A program made the translations under genes and the position numbers. Under the pieces are notes generated by a model. That model was not told the DNA's origin. It searched no databases and worked only from the letters and a program-made list of their open reading frames with translations. Of a DNA stretch of 64,000 nt, positions 13,754-26,807 are shown in pieces (position 1 is the stretch's first letter; each line of letters starts with the position of its first letter). The stretch is from Eledone cirrhosa (Eukaryota): NCBI GenBank assembly GCA_964016885.1, contig OZ024750.1, positions 3,596,001 to 3,660,000 on the forward strand, given 5' to 3'.

Positions 13754-13890
13754 ATTTCTGAAGAATACATTTTGGTGTGTAAAGTACATCTTGGGAATAG
13801 ACATTGAAACAAGAGGAAAGAAAAATCTGGATGTGGTTAAAGGACCTTATATTATTACATGCAACCACCAAAGTTCTCTTGACTTCATGG
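13754..13890 (+). CDS. AGPAT1/2: AGPAT1/2-like lysophosphatidic acid acyltransferase, internal coding exon (motif I)
   Basis: ttgtag|A acceptor and G|gtaagt donor. Encodes FLKNTFWCVKYILGIDIETRGKKNLDVVKGPYIITCNHQSSLDFM, including the catalytic NHQSSLD (HX4D) motif. The upstream coding exon was not found in the window. Confidence 0.93.
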
Positions 13891-14937
13891 GTAAGTGATA
13901 GATCTTATAAACACTATTTTGTAATAACATATCCCTTACCATTAAAATCCATTTGCAAATCACATTTAAAAGGGGTAAGGACAAAATTTCTTTCTAGAAA
14001 GCTTATATTTGTCTTTGATAATTTATGTTCGAGGAGTGAACCTCTTGCCCTCTGGATGAAATTTCTCACACATTCAAAGTTCTCTAAAAATTTTAATGAA
14101 AATTAGAAAAAAAAAAAAGAAAATAATAATAATAAAAGACAGCTTAAGAAGCTTTAAGACCAAAACAGTAATTTAATATAAGTTGCTTTCGACACATAAA
14201 GCATAAACAACTTTCTTTTAGTTGTAAAGTTTCTTGTGACATTATTCAGGAATCAGATTGTATATTTTTATTCAATTGCTTTAAATTAAACAACTACTAA
14301 TGTACTAAAAGTGATACAATTGACTATATCTGGTGCAGGGTTTGATTTCATTTCAAGCTAAATTCTTGTATCCAAATGTTGTAATATAACATAAACAAAA
14401 TCTTAAGCCAGAACATAATTCTAACCAAAAGAAGTGTTTAAATGTTGAGATATCTACAAGATATCCTTACTAAAGTTCATAGACTGACCAAGATACCTTC
14501 ATGGGATGACCAAATGAGGATTATTTTTTAATATAGTCCCTGGAAAGAAACAATGCAGCTATTAATAAGAAGAGTTGACATTAATGCATGCAAGATTTCA
14601 TAGCTCTAGCATCACTACAATATATGAGGATCAGCTGAAAATTTCAGAAGCTAGACCAGTCAAGTGACTTTGCCTTGCTCATACACTCCATTTTTGATTT
14701 GGCTTTTACGGCTGGATGCCCTTCCTAACACCAACCACTTTAAAGTGTGTACTGAGAACATTTTATCATGCTTCCAACACTATCACTGCACAGTGCAGAC
14801 TGGGTGCTTTTTGTTGTAGCACCAGCACTATCATCTTACATGGGGGACTTTTTATCATGGCAACAACACTAACACTTTACAGAGTAAATGTACAATTTTC
14901 AGTTTTCTTGTATGTGTGTGCACACACACAACACCCA

Positions 14938-14969
<32 letters not shown>

Positions 14970-17709
14970 ACACTTCATTAAACTGGCAGAAATAACATAT
15001 TAACTAGGAGAGTTATCTGAGACAGACTGGCATATCCTATCTAAAAATAAGTTTGTCATATGTTTCATGCTATGAAACTGGAGTTCAGTAATGGTACTTT
15101 AAAAGTTCTTCAGAGTTTGGCAGTCATTTTGTTTATATTTACTTATATATAAAGAACATGAAAATATAGACCGTCTGTTGTAAATATTTAATAGATCATC
15201 ATCATCACTGATTAACATCCATTTTCCCACGCTAACTTGAGTTAGGTGAGTTGTCTCATTGTAAGACAAGCCAGATCAGATGGCCTTGTCTTGTGTGTTG
15301 TTCATGCAGAACTGATTTTGGCTTGGTTTCTATGGCTGGATGCCTTTACTAATGCCAACCACATTTACTGTGTTTACTGGGTGCTTTTTATCGTGGCATG
15401 AAATTTGGTTGTGTGTTGTGTTCTTGAGTAAAACACTTCATTTCTTGTTGCTCCAGTATACTCAGCTGAAAATGAGTCCCAGCAATAGCTAGGGGTTTAA
15501 CCCTGATATGAACTGGTGCCCTGTCCAGGGGGAGTCTTGTATTCTCAGTTACTTCATGCCATGGAAACTGGGGTAAGCAGCAGCTTTATGAGACTCCGGG
15601 CTCGAGGCAGACTTTAGAGATGACAAATGTCTGATTTTCTGTGTTTTTTAATGTAAACTTTGCATTTTCCTTTAGGATTGATTGTGAAAAGATCTGTTAA
15701 AAAATAATTATTAAATTCTAAATTTCTCCAAGTTTGTCTGAGAAATTTACAACAAATACAAAATAAAGAAATGAAATATTTCTTTTTTTCTTTCAAATTT
15801 GTTCCAGATGTATTTAAAAGAATATGCAAATGTTTTTTTTTTTTTCTTATAAAAAAAATACAAAGAAGAAAAAATAGTTGAAGAAACAAAAGTTGATCGG
15901 GTGTTTATTTTTCAGCACAAAAGAATCTATTAGGAAGATTAGAGGGTGGGGGATAATTTTATTAGTTAAAATGCCATGATGGGATACATAGGGACTTATT
16001 TTGATGTAATGTCTGGGTTGTGACTAGAATCTTAGACACAGAATGAAATTTTATATGCAGCATTAAATTTCCATCAAATTTCTGCTTCTCTTTGCTAACT
16101 GAAAAACTAACTAAATAAATAAATCATATATAATAAATACATAAATTGGAGGAAATTTAATAACAGTGACTGTGATTATATTTGTGTTAACGGATGTTTG
16201 TTGTTTTACGCTGTGTAAATATACAAGTTGTGAGTTTATTGTACAAGTGTCAACTGTAAGGTTCATAGGCTGACCAAGATACTCTCATGGAATGACTAAA
16301 TGAGGCTTATTTTTCAACATAGTTCTGGAAAGAAACAAAGCAGTTATTAATAAGAAGAGTTGAAATTAATGTATGCAAGATTTCACAGCTCTTGCATCAC
16401 TCCTTTGTAGTCAGCCTATGACCAAGATACTCATGGAATGACCAAATGAGGTTTGTTTTTCAACATAGTTCCTGGAAAGAAACAATGCAGTTATTAATAT
16501 GAAGAGTTGAAATTAATGTATGCAAGATTTCATAGCTCTATCACCACTCCTTCGTAGTCAGCCTACCCTTTTATAAGCAGTACTCTTGTATGAAGTGCAC
16601 TTGTACCTTGTGTAAGATTAACTCTTCAGAGAAGTTGTGGTTTCTGGCTTCGATGAGAAGATGACGTAGAGATGTGGTTTTGGCTAGGTTATAGATGTGT
16701 GGTTGCTGTCATGAGAGATTGTCAGACATTGAGAGGCCTAGCATGTGTATGTAATGTTTAAATGTGGTTTATTTTCCAACATAGTCCCTAGAAAGAAACA
16801 ATGCAGTTATTAATAAGCATCACTCCCTCATAGTCAGCCTATGAACTTTTCTTTCCATCCTATAAATATGACCTATAAATAAAACATTTCAAATGTCATA
16901 TTGATCTTTAATACTTGGAGGCTGTTTTAAATTAAACCATGGGGTCAGTTAGTATTATTATCATAAATATAACAATTGGTGACGAAGATGTTCATCTTTA
17001 ATAAAATATAAGATGGCTGGTTACTTATACTCAGCCACACTGAATGATAAAATCTATGAAACATGGAACTGGAATTTACTACTTCATCTCAGCCATATTG
17101 TTTTGAAATCAAGAATGTACAAACATTTCTCTGAATAATAATCAATTATTCAATGAACTTTCATACCAACCACTCATCTATAATATAACTATGACTGCTC
17201 TCTTAGAAGCTTGGTTTCCTCTTCTGGGTTAGAAAATACTTTTAACTTCTGAACAGTTGCTGCCATATGTACTCTATATGGGATAGTACAACCATACATC
17301 TACACTGGAATGCATCCAAAATGATGCCATCTGCATAATAGACAAAATTTTACTCCCCAACATGTATTTTACAACTGCTTGGATACCATATGCGGTGTTT
17401 TCTTTCTCTCTTTTCTATATGTTCTATTTTGAGGCTACCTTCTTCATGCTATAATCCATCACCCACTGTACCTCCTCTTGCTCCTCTTGTCAACTCTATT
17501 GTACCTTATTTACCAAATGTACTCGAATATAAGCCAACCCCACTATTTTATGCCTGAGAAATGGGTAAAAATCCAAACCTTATTTAAGTAGAATTTGAAG
17601 TTGGTGAAATTCGTCAAAATATTGACCAATAATATTCAACCATTACAAAACAAGTCTATTTATCTAACTAAAAGTACATTGGCTTATATTTGATAATATA
17701 TACACATAT

Positions 17710-18027
17710 GGAGGCACATGGCTTAGTGGTTAGAGCATTGGCCTTGCAATCGAAAGGTTGTGAGTTCAATTCTCAGACCGGGTGATGTGTTGTTTCCTTG
17801 AGCAAGACACTTTATTTCACATTGCTCCAGTTTACTCAGCTGTAGAAATGAGATGATAGGGACTGCAAAGGGGTCGTGGAGGTGCCATGGCAAAAAAGCA
17901 CCCAGCACTCACTGTAAATGAGGTTGGTGTTAGGAAGGGCATCCAGCTGTAGAAATCAAGCCAGATAAAAACGTCCCACCCTTGCAAGCAGGGAAAAGCG
18001 GACGTAAAATGATGATGATGATGATGA
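17710..18027 (+). mobile_element. tRNA-derived SINE with RTE-like tail ending (TGA)n
   Basis: A box tggcttagtggtt, B box gagttcaattctc, central ccttgagcaagacactt, tail ggcatccagctgtagaaa...ggacgtaaaatgatgatg. Confidence 0.8.
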
Positions 18028-18037
18028 TATATATATG

Positions 18038-18240
18038 TTATTCCGGGTTCAATCGGGGGTAACCACAGTAAGTAACTTTAAACCCATCAACCAATGGCCT
18101 CCACCCATCCCAATCCCCACCCTTTTCTACCTCCAGAAAAGATATAAATACCACTACATTTACTTGGACAGCCAGCTTCCTGATGATTTCTCATGAATGA
18201 AACAGTTCTAGTCCTGTAGAAAGTTTTCATTAAAACATAT
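18038..18240 (+). mobile_element. Penelope-like pseudo-LTR fragment family B with hammerhead motif
   Basis: Inverted tail (ccgggttcaatcgggggtaaccacagtaagta), then TATAAATA, gcttc-CTGATGA-tttctcatgaat-GAAACAG-ttctagtc-CTGTA-gaa and ATTAAA. Confidence 0.6.
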
Positions 18241-20512
18241 GTATATATATATATAGCCTTATCCATACACCTAAGTCATTTATGTACTTTGCACTCTTGT
18301 AAATCATTCCCTAACTTTCCTACCACAGTTTCTATCCTTCTATCCTTTTCCTGTCAAACTATTGGGAATTGTACAATTCAGTTAATACTGAGAACAATAC
18401 CAGCTTTTATGTGAGTTATCTAACCTGAGCAAACATTGATTCAGTGCTATTGTATTTTACTCTATAGCCTATTCGGTTTACTTTTGCTAATGGAATTGGA
18501 AATTTCAAATAGATTCTTTTGGCAAGTCTTATAGAAGTTTGCTTCTATCAATAAACAGCTGAAATGTGTAAATAGAGAGAGAAAAAAAGATATGTTAGGC
18601 TGGCTGGAAGATGTAAATTTTTTTTTCTGTTGTATTGTGAGTGGTGAAAATATATGATGTTTGAGTATAAAAGGAAAAATAAATCTTATGTTAATGGCAA
18701 AGGGAAGGGTTGAATTTGTAGGTCAACATTAGTGACCTTTGATCTTGTCTTACATTCGGATATTCTTTCTTTTATATAAACATTTGTTTTTTTAGATAAC
18801 ACTTTTGGGTGCACAATTTAAATTTTTTTTATTTGAAAAATATAGGGTGTCCCTAAAAAATGTATGCATACTTTGATCACCTGTACAGGTAATATTCATT
18901 AGAATACTGTTGAAGTCTTCTTATCATGTCCACACTGTTGAAGTGTGTATACATTGTTTTGGGACAGCCTGTATTATCATTTTTGATTGAAAGATATATT
19001 GTAATTATGTTAGATTCTGAATAGAGATTTAACATGACACAGTGTGTGACAAGACTCCTAGAATTACAGGTATGACTCAGTTTTGTCAGCTGAGTTGATT
19101 GGAGGAATAAAGTGAAATAAAGTGTCTTGCTCAAGGACACAATACACCGTTCTGTTCAGGAATTGAACTCATGACCTTATGGTCATTAGACCATATATAT
19201 ATACAGGTAAAATTCTGTTATGAATACCATTATAACGAATTTTTCAGTATAATGAAATTTTTTCAATCCCTAAATGTGTTAGGTCAGTCTCGTTATAAAG
19301 AATTTTTCGTTTTAACAAATTTTTTTTTTTATATATCATTGTACTGTATTGTTTTGTGTTCCTTCTTGATTTTTTGTGTATATATATCATCATCATCACC
19401 CATGCTAGTGTGGAAAAACGTTAAACCGTGATGATGATGATGATGGTGTGTGTGTGTGTTGAAAAGCTAACTTGATACACTTGTATTGATAAAACATCAA
19501 AGAGAGTGAATTTCAGTCTAAAATGATAAGGGGGTTGTTGTGGTGGTGATGATGGCAGTGGCAATAAAGATAGCAGTAGTAGTATACCTCCCCACTACCC
19601 CCCCCCCTCTCTCTCCCTCAAATACACTGATTAAAATGAAAAATAACTCAAACACCACCACTATTTCATCTACAAATATTTTTCTTGTAATGAAAATGAA
19701 TCAATAATAGAAAATGAAGTAGGTTTCAGTGAGTCATGTATAAATGTCAAGCACTATTATTTTCTCCTTTAATAGAAGTTGATGTCAGAAAAGTAAATTC
19801 GCAGATAAAAGTATTCAAATAAGTACTGAAAATAAACTTCAGGTGTTTTTCATTTAATCTAAAGAATTGTCCTAAAGTAGGTCAAAAAGCTAATAAAAAA
19901 TGGCATTCTTTTTGTGTTGTGAAAGCCAAACCTAACTTATTAGACTCTTGATGACACAAAAATGTTTTTAACAAAAACACCAATGTCATTCTTTTATATT
20001 AATATTGAACCAAGGAGCGGTCGTCTGTCTGTTGTTATTACTTTATTACACTAGGAGAAACACTACCTTGCTTGATATTTCTTTCTTCTAGTTTATGGAA
20101 TATATATTGCCTTGTCTATTAGTGTAAACACACACACACACACACACACACACATGAGATAAAAAGGAAGACAAATGCAGAGATAAAATTACAGTCATAT
20201 TAGTTTCACACACACACACATAATTTAGGTGAATAACCAAAGATTTTATAGTTGAAATCCCTTTATTCATTTCTATGACCGTTTCGATTTATTGAAATGT
20301 AATTGCAAACATCAATAACAATTTGCAGATGAATGAATTAACAAACAGTGATTATATTTCATCTATATATATATATATGTGTGTGTGTGTAGTTGGCTGG
20401 CTGATTTACCCCAGGCTATCAGTGGGATTTGAATCTCTAGGTTGAATTTGATCTTAGAACACAGTACTGGAACAGATATCTCAAGACATCTTGTCCAGCG
20501 CTCTAACAATTT

Positions 20513-20678
20513 CAATAATCCTCTACCACAGATTGGTTCTTTATTTTATCAATAATCCCCTACCACAGATTGGTTCTTTATTTTATCAATAATCCCCTAC
20601 CACAGATTGGTTCTTTATTTTATCAATAATCCCCTACCACGGATTGGTTCTTTATTTTATCAATAATCCCCTACCACA
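20513..20678. repeat. 37 bp tandem repeat, about 4.5 copies
   Basis: Unit caataatcccctaccacagattggttctttattttat. Confidence 0.92.
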
Positions 20679-22294
20679 GGGTAGATGAATGGCAATGTAA
20701 GAGTTCTACTTGGAGTACAGCAGACCTGATGAAATACCACAAGATATTCAGACACCCTGACAACTCTGCCATATCAACTGTCTTTATGATACTATTATAT
20801 AGAATAGATGAAGGGCAGTGGATTGGCAGTGTCGGTAGAGTGTTGGACTACATGCTTTACGACATATAGTTATGTCTCTTTACATTCTGAGTTCCAATCC
20901 TGCTGAGGTTAACTTCGCTTTTCATTCTTACAGAGTCATTAAAATAAAGTACCAGTAACATACTGGGGTTGATTTAATCGACTTTCCCCCTCCCTCCCCC
21001 AAAATTGTTGTCCTTGAGCCTAAATCAAGAGTCATTATGTAGAATAGATGTAAATAAAATTACTCTATTGTTGGAATTAATATTGGTTCTATGAATTCTT
21101 GCTTTCTAGCATGAAATTATCTGATACTTTACTAACTTCCATACACTGCTGATGTTGGGATTGCTGTGTATCTCTTTGATTTGCACAAATTGAATTTGAA
21201 GTTATTAAATTATTGATTTATATTTTGCCTAACCAGTTAAGGAAGCTATCATCTTGAAATAAATATTTTTATTTATTTTTATTTCTTTACTGATTTTATT
21301 GCATTACCCGTGACTTGAAAAATAAATCAATATCAGATAGTACTTGTTCCAACTGTGTCCTTCATTTCTTGTTTTATCAAATCTAATTTAACCCTTTCGT
21401 TACCATGTTTCTAATGAAAGATACTGATTTCCAAACATTTTTTTTAAAGATAATCAAAAGTTTGAAATAACTGACTTCCTTGTTATCAATTTGGTGTTTG
21501 GAACATCAGAAATCAAAGGTTTTTTACATAAAATTATGATGAAAGATACTCTTATATTTGGTGAGGTCATGTTGTCCTAATATTTCCAAAAGGAAAGTCT
21601 CTTAGATAAATATGAATATTTAAAAACAGTTTTGTATCATAGGATAGGGGCAGATTCAGACGGTTTTGTATAAAATAAGTTAATGCCTTAACACTTTACC
21701 ATTTACATTACTCTATATTTACTATTGTATTTTCAAAGTAAAGGCTTTATCTCACATTATATTGCATCAATGAGATTTTAATATTATTTATTTTGAGAGA
21801 AATACGTTAACATCAGTATGAGTGGCTAGTTTGGGCTGGTTTGAACAGAAAGAGGTGAGAGAATTCTGGCCGGATATGGCCGATTTGAATGTTAAAGGGT
21901 TATACTTTTGTTCCTAGCCAAAACTGTGTTTTCCTGTGATTTTATTTCCTTTCAGTATAATTCTAATTGAATCCAATGTCGTTTAGACTGCTTCATTATG
22001 CCAATATTAAGATCAGTTTTACTCAAGCCTATTAATCTTTATACATACTTTCAAAACAGAATAAATTTGTTTATGATGAATGACATTTTGAAACTTATGG
22101 GTAACAAAACACAAAATTACTTGTTCTATTTAATAAAATACCTTTCACTTATTGTTACAACTCCTTTTAAAAGATTTACTATTGTAGTAAAATGAATGCG
22201 CATGGCTTAGTGGTTAAAGTATTGGATATTTTCTCCTTTTATCAAACAACAGCAATAACTCTTTATTCTTTTATCTTTTCTTATTTTATTCTAG

Positions 22295-22470
22295 GTATGA
22301 TGGAAATATGGCCAAATTATTGCACCAGTTTAGCTAAAAAAGAACTCCTATATACCGGAGTATTTGGTTTAGCTGCCTGGCTTTGTGGTACAATCTTTAT
22401 TGATCGTTTAAATCATGAAAAAGCACTAAAAACCTTGGTGGATACAGCAGAAATTATTACCAAAAAACAG
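22295..22470 (+). CDS. AGPAT1/2: AGPAT1/2-like exon (motif II)
   Basis: ctag|GT...CAG|gtaaat, 176 nt, phase-compatible with the previous exon. Encodes GMMEIWPNYCTSLAKKELLYTGVFGLAAWLCGTIFIDRLNHEKALKTLVDTAEIITKKQ (FIDR motif). Confidence 0.95.
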
Positions 22471-22791
22471 GTAAATTATTTTATGTCTATGATGATATTT
22501 TTATGTCAGACATTTTGGTTTTTATCCGCCAGTTTTTATACAGTGGAATTTGGCATTGAATATTGTATTTATTTGTTAATAACTTTACTTTTATTAACAT
22601 TTTCAATACATTGTAGCTGGAAATCATTTGGTTATTCTAAAAGAATATTAGTCTCCTGATATTTTCATAGCAAAAATATGTTGTTTTTCATAGCAAGAAA
22701 TTGTTTTTCTCACTCCATATAAGGACATAATAGTAATAAAAATAACTTTATTAATATTTTTTATTTATTATTATATTTTTCTTTGCTTCAG

Positions 22792-22887
22792 ATTCGTTTG
22801 TTCACATTCCCAGAAGGTACTAGAAATCGTGATGGACGTATGTTACCATTCAAAAAAGGTGTTTTTCATTTGGCGGTTCAGTCCCAG
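22792..22887 (+). CDS. AGPAT1/2: AGPAT1/2-like exon (motif III)
   Basis: ttcag|ATT...CAG|gtatat, 96 nt. Encodes [32 protein letters not shown] (FPEGTRN motif). Confidence 0.95.
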
Positions 22888-23149
22888 GTATATTTATCTC
22901 ATTTCTCTTTCTTCACAAGTTAATTCTTTCAATACCAACCTGATTGTGTGATGACTAAAATTGATTTTAAATACAACTCACACATCCTCTCACTTACACT
23001 CACACATCAATAGCTCACTGGTTATTGAGTTCACATATTTCTTTTCTCCAAGTCATCACTCCCACTCTCTCTTTGTCTGTCTTTGTCTTATATACACATA
23101 TGTATTTGTGGTTGTGTGTGTGAGTATATACAAATATATATATATATCT

Positions 23150-23300
23150 AGGGTGGGTAAAATTCCCTCATTATCGCTGCCATGTCCTGCATCTCCAACA
23201 GACCAGTGTCTGTCCTTAGGGCATCAACATGCGTTAACCTTGGTCTTCCTCTTCCAGTGTGTCTGGGGCTCCCACAGGAGCACTGAGTGCAATGTCAATA
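23150..23300 (-). mobile_element. RTE-like LINE 3' coding remnant
   Basis: Minus-strand translation GRGRPRLTHVDALRTDTGL, typical of RTE C-termini. Confidence 0.45.
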
Positions 23301-23344
23301 TATATATATCATCATCATCATCATTTTACGTCCACTTTTCCCTG

Positions 23345-23390
<46 letters not shown>

Positions 23391-23513
23391 GGAGGTGAGT
23401 TTTATTGTAGTACAATAAAGCAATGCAGATATCGGATAAGAAGCACTCTACAGTTTGTAGGACTGGAGTATACATAATATATAAGATCAAAAGATGGTTA
23501 AAGGAGTTCCATG

Positions 23514-23584
23514 TATTTTATTATGCGCATTTCAAAAACAAACATCATCATGCAATAATATTTGTGTTTTCATCAGATAAAACA
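23514..23584 (-). ncRNA. Mirror copy of the same hammerhead ribozyme
   Basis: Exact reverse complement of 23700-23770, within the inverted repeat. Confidence 0.8.
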
Positions 23585-23699
23585 GGAGAACATGATATGA
23601 AGGCTAAAAAACACTTGTGGATAGTGCAGTTGATTTAAAACTGTTGATTTAAAACTGCACTATCCACAAGTGTTTTTTAGCCTTCATATCATGTTCTCC

Positions 23700-23770
23700 T
23701 GTTTTATCTGATGAAAACACAAATATTATTGCATGATGATGTTTGTTTTTGAAATGCGCATAATAAAATA
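23700..23770 (+). ncRNA. Type I hammerhead ribozyme, apparently intact, minimal palindromic stem III
   Basis: Stem I UGUUUUAU/AUAAAAUA; core CUGAUGA (23708-23714); long stem II with G-U wobbles; GAAA (23751-23754); stem III AUGCGCAU; cleavage triplet AUA ending at 23762. Confidence 0.8.
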
Positions 23771-23800
23771 CATGGAACTCCTTTAACCATCTTTTGATCT

Positions 23801-23850
<50 letters not shown>

Positions 23851-24170
23851 GGAAAAATGATGAGATTTTTCATTTAGATGTATTTATTTTTTGTTGAATC
23901 ATCATCATCATCATCGTTTAACGTCCATCTTCCACGCTTGCATGGGTTTGGACGGGAATTTTCCCACTTGAGGCAACATTGGTTGTCTTGCTCGTATAGG
24001 ACTATCTGGCGGGTTTTCTATGGCTGGATGCCCTTCCTAACACCAACCACGTTTACAGATCTCTGCATAACACCAACCACTGATAAACAGATCTCTGCAT
24101 CTTTTTATACAGCTATCATCCTGCATATGCATCACATGTCCATAGCACCACAATCTCCTCTCCTGCACAC

Positions 24171-24212
<42 letters not shown>

Positions 24213-24423
24213 CATAATTTCGTTTTCAAATATAATTGTAATTGATCATAAAATGATTGATTTTGATAAGTCCTAATGAGGATGAAACAATTGTAAATCA
24301 AGATTTGGTGTGAAATTGTATTTGGTAATACTTTAATGTATATAAATATAAACACACAGAGGGAAACACATGCATATATTCACCATTGAAATGGCATAAG
24401 CTCAGCTGTCAGGCACTAGCATT

Positions 24424-24466
<43 letters not shown>

Positions 24467-24888
24467 ACTTCTGTAATGGCTGTTCTTCTTTAATGATCAA
24501 ATGTTTTACTATGTGTAGTTGTAGTAACTACTTAGTGATCAGGTGTTTTGTGTTTGAGTTTCTCACTTTTAGAGCAATTTTGAAACTGGTCTTTCTCTCC
24601 TGAGTCTTGCAGTTAATATAATATATCCCTGTTGAATATCTGGAGAGTGCAGTGTTTATATGGAACGAAATAATAAAAAACATGCAAATGAAATCAAATC
24701 AAATCGAGTATAATAAATAAATTTAAAAAATGACACAGTTGTTGTGGGTGTTAGGTGAGGGGAGGGGGTAGGATGTGAGGTGAATATAATCGAGGATAAG
24801 ATGTAAATATGATATGAACCAGAAGTTCACAAGGATTAGAAATAAAAAGAAATGTTTTGTTCCACAAGTAAATGGCACACACCCACTC

Positions 24889-24942
<54 letters not shown>

Positions 24943-24947
24943 TATAT

Positions 24948-25109
24948 AATGAAGGAAATGTGGTAAGGAACCAGATGGACCATAACACACCAAAGTACTC
25001 AATACTTAGGGTAGTAGAGTGGGTAATAGGAACAAGTATGACCCCGACGGCAGAGCTCAAGCCGTTTCTTCGAAACGGCTTGAGCTCAGCCGTCGGGGTC
25101 CTACTCATT

Positions 25110-25111
<2 letters not shown>
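24948..25111 (-). mobile_element. Fold-back element family A, copy 3
   Basis: Same tail, shorter arms carrying different variants, (TA)n flanks. Confidence 0.7.
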
Positions 25112-25154
<43 letters not shown>

Positions 25155-25155
<1 letters not shown>

Positions 25156-25375
25156 AAGGCGTGTGGCTGAGTGGTTAGAGAACTGGATTCGCAATCGTGA
25201 GGTTGTGAGTTCGATTCCTGGACCGGTCAATGCGTTATGTCCTTGAGCAAGACACTTTATTTCACGTTGCTCCTTCTACCTGGAGTTACGACCGATAGAT
25301 AATATTAGCAATTGGAAAGACCAATGGAAACACTGTTTCCTCGGTCCGATTTGATGAAAGTCGATCGTTAGGAAT
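25155..25375 (+). mobile_element. tRNA-derived SINE, second subfamily
   Basis: A box tggctgagtggtt, B box gagttcgattcc, distinct tail. A second copy lies at about 27585-27790. Confidence 0.75.
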
Positions 25376-25388
25376 AAAAATAAAAAAA

Positions 25389-25432
<44 letters not shown>

Positions 25433-26231
25433 GATTGTGTGTGTACTAATGCTATTCCATCCAACCATCCACTACCAGCAATAGCACCAGTTTTTAAACC
25501 ACCAAATCAAAGACACACAGGTATTTGTTGGTGTGTGTGTATGGGTGCATGTTTGTGTGGGTGCATGTGTTTGTGTGTATGGGTGCATATGTTTGTGGGT
25601 GGGTACATGTATTTTTCCTTTTCTTTCTGACTACTCCTTGTTAAGATCTGGCTCATATTGTGTTGTTTATATTTAACCTCGATTGATTTAATTTGATCCT
25701 CCGATCACATTACTCTCCCTATAATCCTGGCAAATATCTGGGGAAGTGGGGGAGAGCTTATACGAAAAAATGTACAAATCAATTGAAATTAATTGTGGAT
25801 AAAAAATAAACATGTTTGTCACTGTTTGGTGGTTTAACCCTTTGGCATTTAAACCAGAAGTCTCTCACCTCTTTCTGTTCAAACTGGTTGCTCATACTTA
25901 TGTTAACCCTTTAGCATCAAAACCGGCCATATCTGGCCAGAGTTATCTTACCTCTTTCTGTCCAAACCAGCCATAACTGGCTGCTCATACTGATGCTAAG
26001 GTATTGTTCTCAAAATAAATAACATCAAAATCTCATAGACTTGAAATTATGTAAGATAAAGCCTTTACGACGAAAATACAATAGTAAATATAGAGTAATT
26101 TAAATACTAAAGGGTTAAAGAACTGAGAAAAAAATTAGTTTTTAAAGATAGATCTTTTTGTTCTCGAATTCTATGTTAAAAGGTTCAACTTATGAATAAC
26201 TTCTGGGTTTTTTTTTTGGTTTTTTTTTCAG

Positions 26232-26304
26232 GTTCCAATTATACCAGTCATATTTTCGTCATTTCAGCCATTTTATAGCAAAAGTGAAAAAAAAATGGAG
26301 CCTG
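26232..26304 (+). CDS. AGPAT1/2: AGPAT1/2-like exon (motif IV)
   Basis: tttcag|GTT...CCTG|gtaatt, 73 nt. Encodes VPIIPVIFSSFQPFYSKSEKKMEP. Confidence 0.93.
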
Positions 26305-26807
26305 GTAATTATATTTTTAGAGTGTTTTCTAAGTTAAAATGATTTTAAATTTATAATTTCTGCATTGTTGGTGAATGTTAAAGTGTTACCTGCCATATGG
26401 TGGCTAATGTGGGGTGTATAGAATATACCTTTGCCACTGTGGGTAAACAGTAGGTAAATAAATATAAATAAATAAATTCACAATACCTGCATCTAGCTAA
26501 AACAACAATATAATATTTTAAAAAGTAGTGAATTTAAGATAAAGGAAGTAAAAATATTGAGGAAAGGGAATATATATTTTCATGTATGTATATTCCATTT
26601 GTCAGAATGGACAAAGGAAGGAGAAAAAGAAAATGTAACTTTGTACAAATGCTCAGCAGGTGACTATTGTGTGTGTGTGTGTGTGTGTGTGTGTTCGTTC
26701 CAGTATAGCATTCCTTTACTTTTCAATTTCCCTCACTCTTTGCTTGTCATTCTGCTCAGTACATATACTCTTCCTTCAACCCATATGTTAATTCTTTCTT
26801 TCTCTTA

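Larger units (their letters stand above)
23388..23810. mobile_element. Fold-back Penelope-like/retrozyme terminus (family D)
   Basis: About 158 bp inverted arms (23474-23631 and 23653-23810) plus a unique tail of about 85 bp. (TA)n on both sides and a hammerhead in each arm. Confidence 0.65.

Noticed and set aside
17710-17790. tRNA genes (also 25155, 35872, about 27400)
   Set aside because: A and B boxes are present, but there is no complete cloverleaf and they continue into SINE bodies.
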